Part shown: piece by piece, positions 61,165 to 64,000 of the stretch
Layout: each line of letters starts with the position of its first letter
How positions within the stretch are numbered: position 1 is the first letter of the stretch
NCBI GenBank assembly: GCA_934463035.1
Contig: CAKSIG010000003.1
Location: 96,049 to 160,048, forward strand
DNA length: 64,000 nucleotides
Source: an uncultured Eubacteriales bacterium
GTDB lineage: Bacteria > Bacillota > Clostridia > Oscillospirales > Acutalibacteraceae
Direction of reading: 5' to 3'
Position numbers and translations under genes: made by a program
Notes under the pieces: model-generated
Database searches by the model: none
Seen by the model: only the letters and a program-made list of their open reading frames with translations
Told to the model about the DNA's origin: nothing

Positions 61165-62682
61165 ATGAAAAATATTCTCGAAATGGTCGAGCACTCTGCT
61201 CTGAACTATCCCGAAAAGTTGGCTTTTCGGGACAGCGAGAGCGATATGACCTATTTGCAGTTAGTGGCAAAGGCTAAAAAGATCGGCACCGAAATCGCAA
61301 AAAGTGGTATTTACGGCAGACCTGTCGCCATAATTGTTGATAGGTCGGTAAAATGTCTTACGGCAATGCTATCGGTGTTATACAGCGGAAATTTTTATAC
61401 GGTTATCGACACCGAAATGCCCGATGACAGAGTGGAAAGCATATTTAAGACCCTTAAACCCGCCGCTGTAATTTGTACGGCAGACCTCATTCAAAAGGCG
61501 AATAAATGTTATCGCGGCAGGGTTTTTGTATATGAGGAATGTTTGAACACAAAAGCAGATAATATGCTGTTGTGCGACATAAGGGCGCGTTCGGTAGCAA
61601 GCGACCCCGCCTATGTGCTGTTTACCTCGGGTTCTACGGGAGTGCCCAAGGGAGCAGTTTTAAGCCACGCAAGCGTAATTGCATATATAAAGTGGTTTGC
61701 TTCGGCGTTCAACATAACGGCGGATACCGTTTTCGGCAGTCAGACTCCGTTTTATTTCAGTATGTCGGTGTCGGACGTCTATGCAACGCTGTTTACAGGA
61801 GCAACGCTTAATATTATACCGAAACAACTGTTTTCATTTCCGATGAAATTGCTTGAAATGCTTAACGAACGCAAGGTAAATACGATATATTGGGTGCCGT
61901 CAGCCCTTTGCATTATCGCAAATTGGCGTGTGTTGGACTACGGCAAAGCCGAATATATTAACAAGGTGCTTTTTGCAGGCGAGGTTATGCCGACCAAGCA
62001 GCTTAATTATTGGATATCCAAGCTGCCCGACGCTATGTTTGCAAATTTGTTCGGTCCGACGGAAACAACCGATATATGCACTTATTACATAGTCGACAGG
62101 CATTTTGAGGATTCCGAGCCCCTGCCTATCGGACGGCATTGCGATAATTGCGATGTGTTTATTGTGTCCGATTTGGGTAAACCTGCTGCCGATGGCGAGG
62201 AGGGCGAACTGTATGTAAGAGGGCCGTTTTTGGCGCACGGATATTACAACAACAGGGAAAAGACCGAGGAAGCGTTCGTGCAAAATCCTCTTAACGGTTC
62301 CTATCCCGAAACGGTATACAAAACGGGCGATCTCGTTCGTTACAACGATAAAGGCGAGCTTATTTATAGCTGCCGCAAGGATTTCCAAATTAAGCACATG
62401 GGTTACAGAATCGAACTCGGCGAGGTCGAGGCGGCGGCAAACGGTTTGGATTTTGTTACGGCGTGCGTTTCGCTTTACGATGCGGAGTCGGACAGCATAA
62501 TTTTAATATATCAAGGTAAAAAGCAGGAAATACCGTATATAAGAGAACTGCTTGCAAAACGCCTTCCTAATTATATGATGCCGCAAAAAATCTTTGTTAT
62601 CAAGTCTATGCCGTATAACCAAAACGGCAAAATAGACAGAGCGTTTCTCAAAAACAATTATAAGACAATAACGGAGGAATAA
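61165..62682 (+). CDS. dltA: DltA-like adenylation enzyme (D-alanine--D-alanyl carrier protein ligase family)
   Basis: 505 aa. AMP-binding motifs LFTSGSTGVPKG, FGPTETT, YKTGDL and NGKIDR. Block-by-block resemblance to B. subtilis DltA (QTPFYFSMSVSDVY, FAGEVMP, DFQIKHMGYRIELGEVE). Substrate not established. Confidence 0.75.
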   Translation: MKNILEMVEHSALNYPEKLAFRDSESDMTYLQLVAKAKKIGTEIAKSGIYGRPVAIIVDRSVKCLTAMLSVLYSGNFYTVIDTEMPDDRVESIFKTLKPAAVICTADLIQKANKCYRGRVFVYEECLNTKADNMLLCDIRARSVASDPAYVLFTSGSTGVPKGAVLSHASVIAYIKWFASAFNITADTVFGSQTPFYFSMSVSDVYATLFTGATLNIIPKQLFSFPMKLLEMLNERKVNTIYWVPSALCIIANWRVLDYGKAEYINKVLFAGEVMPTKQLNYWISKLPDAMFANLFGPTETTDICTYYIVDRHFEDSEPLPIGRHCDNCDVFIVSDLGKPAADGEEGELYVRGPFLAHGYYNNREKTEEAFVQNPLNGSYPETVYKTGDLVRYNDKGELIYSCRKDFQIKHMGYRIELGEVEAAANGLDFVTACVSLYDAESDSIILIYQGKKQEIPYIRELLAKRLPNYMMPQKIFVIKSMPYNQNGKIDRAFLKNNYKTITEE

Positions 62683-62684
62683 AA

Positions 62685-62912
62685 ATGGAGAAGCTGATTG
62701 AAATACTGAACGAGATTAAATCGGGTGTTGATTATGAAAACGAGACCGACCTTGTCGGCAAGCATATTTTCGACTCGCTTACAATAGTACAGCTTGTTGG
62801 AACGCTTAACGATGAGTTTGATATTGAAATAACGCCGATAGATATTGTACCCGAAAATTTCAATTCGGCAAAAAGCATATACGCTATGATACAGCGTCTT
62901 GAAGATGAATAA
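62685..62912 (+). CDS. dltC: DltC-like aminoacyl carrier protein
   Basis: 75 aa. The phosphopantetheine-attachment serine sits in IFDSLTIVQLV (compare DltC LLDSFGTVELL). It starts 3 nt after the dltA-like stop. Confidence 0.75.
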   Translation: MEKLIEILNEIKSGVDYENETDLVGKHIFDSLTIVQLVGTLNDEFDIEITPIDIVPENFNSAKSIYAMIQRLEDE

Positions 62913-62927
62913 AGAACGGGGATAACA

Positions 62928-64000
62928 ATGTCATATACATCATATATGTATTTGCTTGTGTTTTTGGGTTCGGTGTTTGTTTTATATACGGCGTTCCCAT
63001 TGAAATACAAGTGGACTGTTTTGCTTGCCGCAAGTTATGTTTTTTATTTTATCAACAGCGGCTCGCTTGCAATATTTCTTATTATTACTACGGCGGCGGT
63101 GTACCTTGCGGGAATTACGCTTAATAAAATTTCCGACGGATTTGATTTAGTAAAAAAATCCCTCGATAAGGAGCAGAAAAAGGCATACAAAAAAATAATT
63201 GCCTGGCAGAAACGGCTTACCGTGACAGCGGCTCTTACTGTAATATTCGGACTGCTCCTGTTCCTAAAATATTTCAACTTTTTCGGTGAGACCGTTAATT
63301 CTGTTTTGCACATTTTCGGCGCCGAATCGACGGTTCCTAAGCTGAAACTTATATTGCCGCTCGGTATATCCTATTATACTCTGCAAGCGGCAAGCTATAT
63401 AATTGATGTATACAGGGGTAAGTATAAGGCGTCAAACAATTTCGGAAAGGTAGCGCTGTTTCTGTCCTTCTTCCCACAGATAGTCGAGGGTCCGATAGGC
63501 AGGTTCGACCTGCTTGCGGAGCCGCTTTACGAGGGACATAAATTCAACTATGATAATTTTACGCAGGGCTTGCAGCTTATAGTGTGGGGTCTGTTCAAAA
63601 AGCTCGTTATTGCCGATAGGGCAAATATATTTGTTTGCTCCGCCTTTGAAAATTATAAATCTAATTCGGGTGCGGTAATGCTTTTTGCAGGCGTGCTTTA
63701 TACCGTCCAGATATACGCGGAATTTTCGGGCTGTATGGATATAGTAACGGGAAGCGCACAATTGTTTTCTGTTCCTCTGTCCGAAAACTTTAATCGCCCG
63801 TTCTTTTCAAAAAGTGTCAATGAATTTTGGCGCAGATGGCACATAACGCTCGGTGCGTGGCTTAGGGACTACATATTCTATTCGGTATCGCTCTCAAAAC
63901 CGTTTATGAGACTCAGTAGATTTACCAAAAAACATCTTAGTGAGTTTTTGGGAACGCTGGTGCCGTCTGCATTTGCGCTGTTGTTTGTCTGGCTTGCCAA
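62928..64000 (+). CDS. MBOAT-family membrane O-acyltransferase (DltB/AlgI-like), 5' 357 codons; continues beyond the right window edge
   Basis: Not in the ORF track because there is no stop in the window. ATG 62928 opens MSYTSYMYLLVFLGSVFVLYTAFPLKYKW... It contains LGISYYTLQAASYIIDVYRG, FPQIVEGPI and ENFNRPFFSKSVNEFWRRWHITLGAWLRDYIF. The catalytic His region would lie just past the window. Confidence 0.8.
   Translation, partial: MSYTSYMYLLVFLGSVFVLYTAFPLKYKWTVLLAASYVFYFINSGSLAIFLIITTAAVYLAGITLNKISDGFDLVKKSLDKEQKKAYKKIIAWQKRLTVTAALTVIFGLLLFLKYFNFFGETVNSVLHIFGAESTVPKLKLILPLGISYYTLQAASYIIDVYRGKYKASNNFGKVALFLSFFPQIVEGPIGRFDLLAEPLYEGHKFNYDNFTQGLQLIVWGLFKKLVIADRANIFVCSAFENYKSNSGAVMLFAGVLYTVQIYAEFSGCMDIVTGSAQLFSVPLSENFNRPFFSKSVNEFWRRWHITLGAWLRDYIFYSVSLSKPFMRLSRFTKKHLSEFLGTLVPSAFALLFVWLA

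Noticed and set aside
1-64000. Window-wide scan for CRISPR arrays, long tandem or inverted repeats, IS elements, toxin-antitoxin pairs and known defence-gene signatures
   Set aside because: I noticed no regularly spaced repeats, no transposase or phage-like ORFs, no nuclease/ATPase/methylase combinations typical of defence islands, and no small adjacent overlapping ORF pairs resembling toxin-antitoxin modules. This was done by eye only; a computational repeat and HMM scan would be needed for a firm negative.

Overview
This is a 64-kb chromosomal segment from a mid-GC Firmicute with Clostridia-like gene content (SpoVD/SpoVE-type dcw genes, a GerQ-like protein, RNase Y, PcrA). The exact taxon cannot be determined from this window. 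I count 57 protein-coding genes (two cut by the window edges), one gene fragment and one tRNA-Val(GAC). There is no rRNA, CRISPR array, transposase, prophage gene or recognisable anti-phage defence gene. The backbone is housekeeping: uvrC, pcrA, maf, serC-serA, deoD, zapA plus a U32 protein, rny, a ttcA-like gene, and a pared-down dcw cluster. That cluster runs mraZ-rsmH-ftsL-class B PBP-murE-mraY-ftsW-murG-murA-ftsQ-ftsZ and lacks murF, murD, murC, murB and ftsA. Interleaved accessory and regulatory modules are: (a) a sigma / anti-sigma-like / lipoprotein trio at 1420-3814; (b) a TetR-DUF308-MMPL-heptad-repeat export module at 10862-16344; (c) a response regulator / histidine kinase / binding-protein sugar sensor with no adjacent transporter at 32704-36975; (d) an AraC regulator and a GH3 gene that share a 21-bp-phased repeat; (e) a DivIVA-like gene translationally coupled to an orphan fumarate-hydratase/tartrate-dehydratase beta subunit at 40503-41581; (f) a GH1 gene, an FAD oxidoreductase and a Xer-type recombinase; (g) an envelope block at 54232-64000, made of an OmpR/HK-amidase-TVP38 operon followed by a MacB-type fused ABC transporter co-transcribed with DltA, carrier protein and MBOAT genes in non-canonical order. 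Most convergent gene pairs share clean bidirectional rho-independent terminators, and several consensus sigma-A promoters are readable. I do not see an unambiguous novel system. The best candidates for undescribed biology are the ABC-Dlt-like operon, the DivIVA-like/FumB-beta pair, the sigma trio with a duplicated extracytoplasmic module, and the MMPL/heptad-repeat module. All family assignments were made by eye from remembered signatures and need HMM or structure searches.
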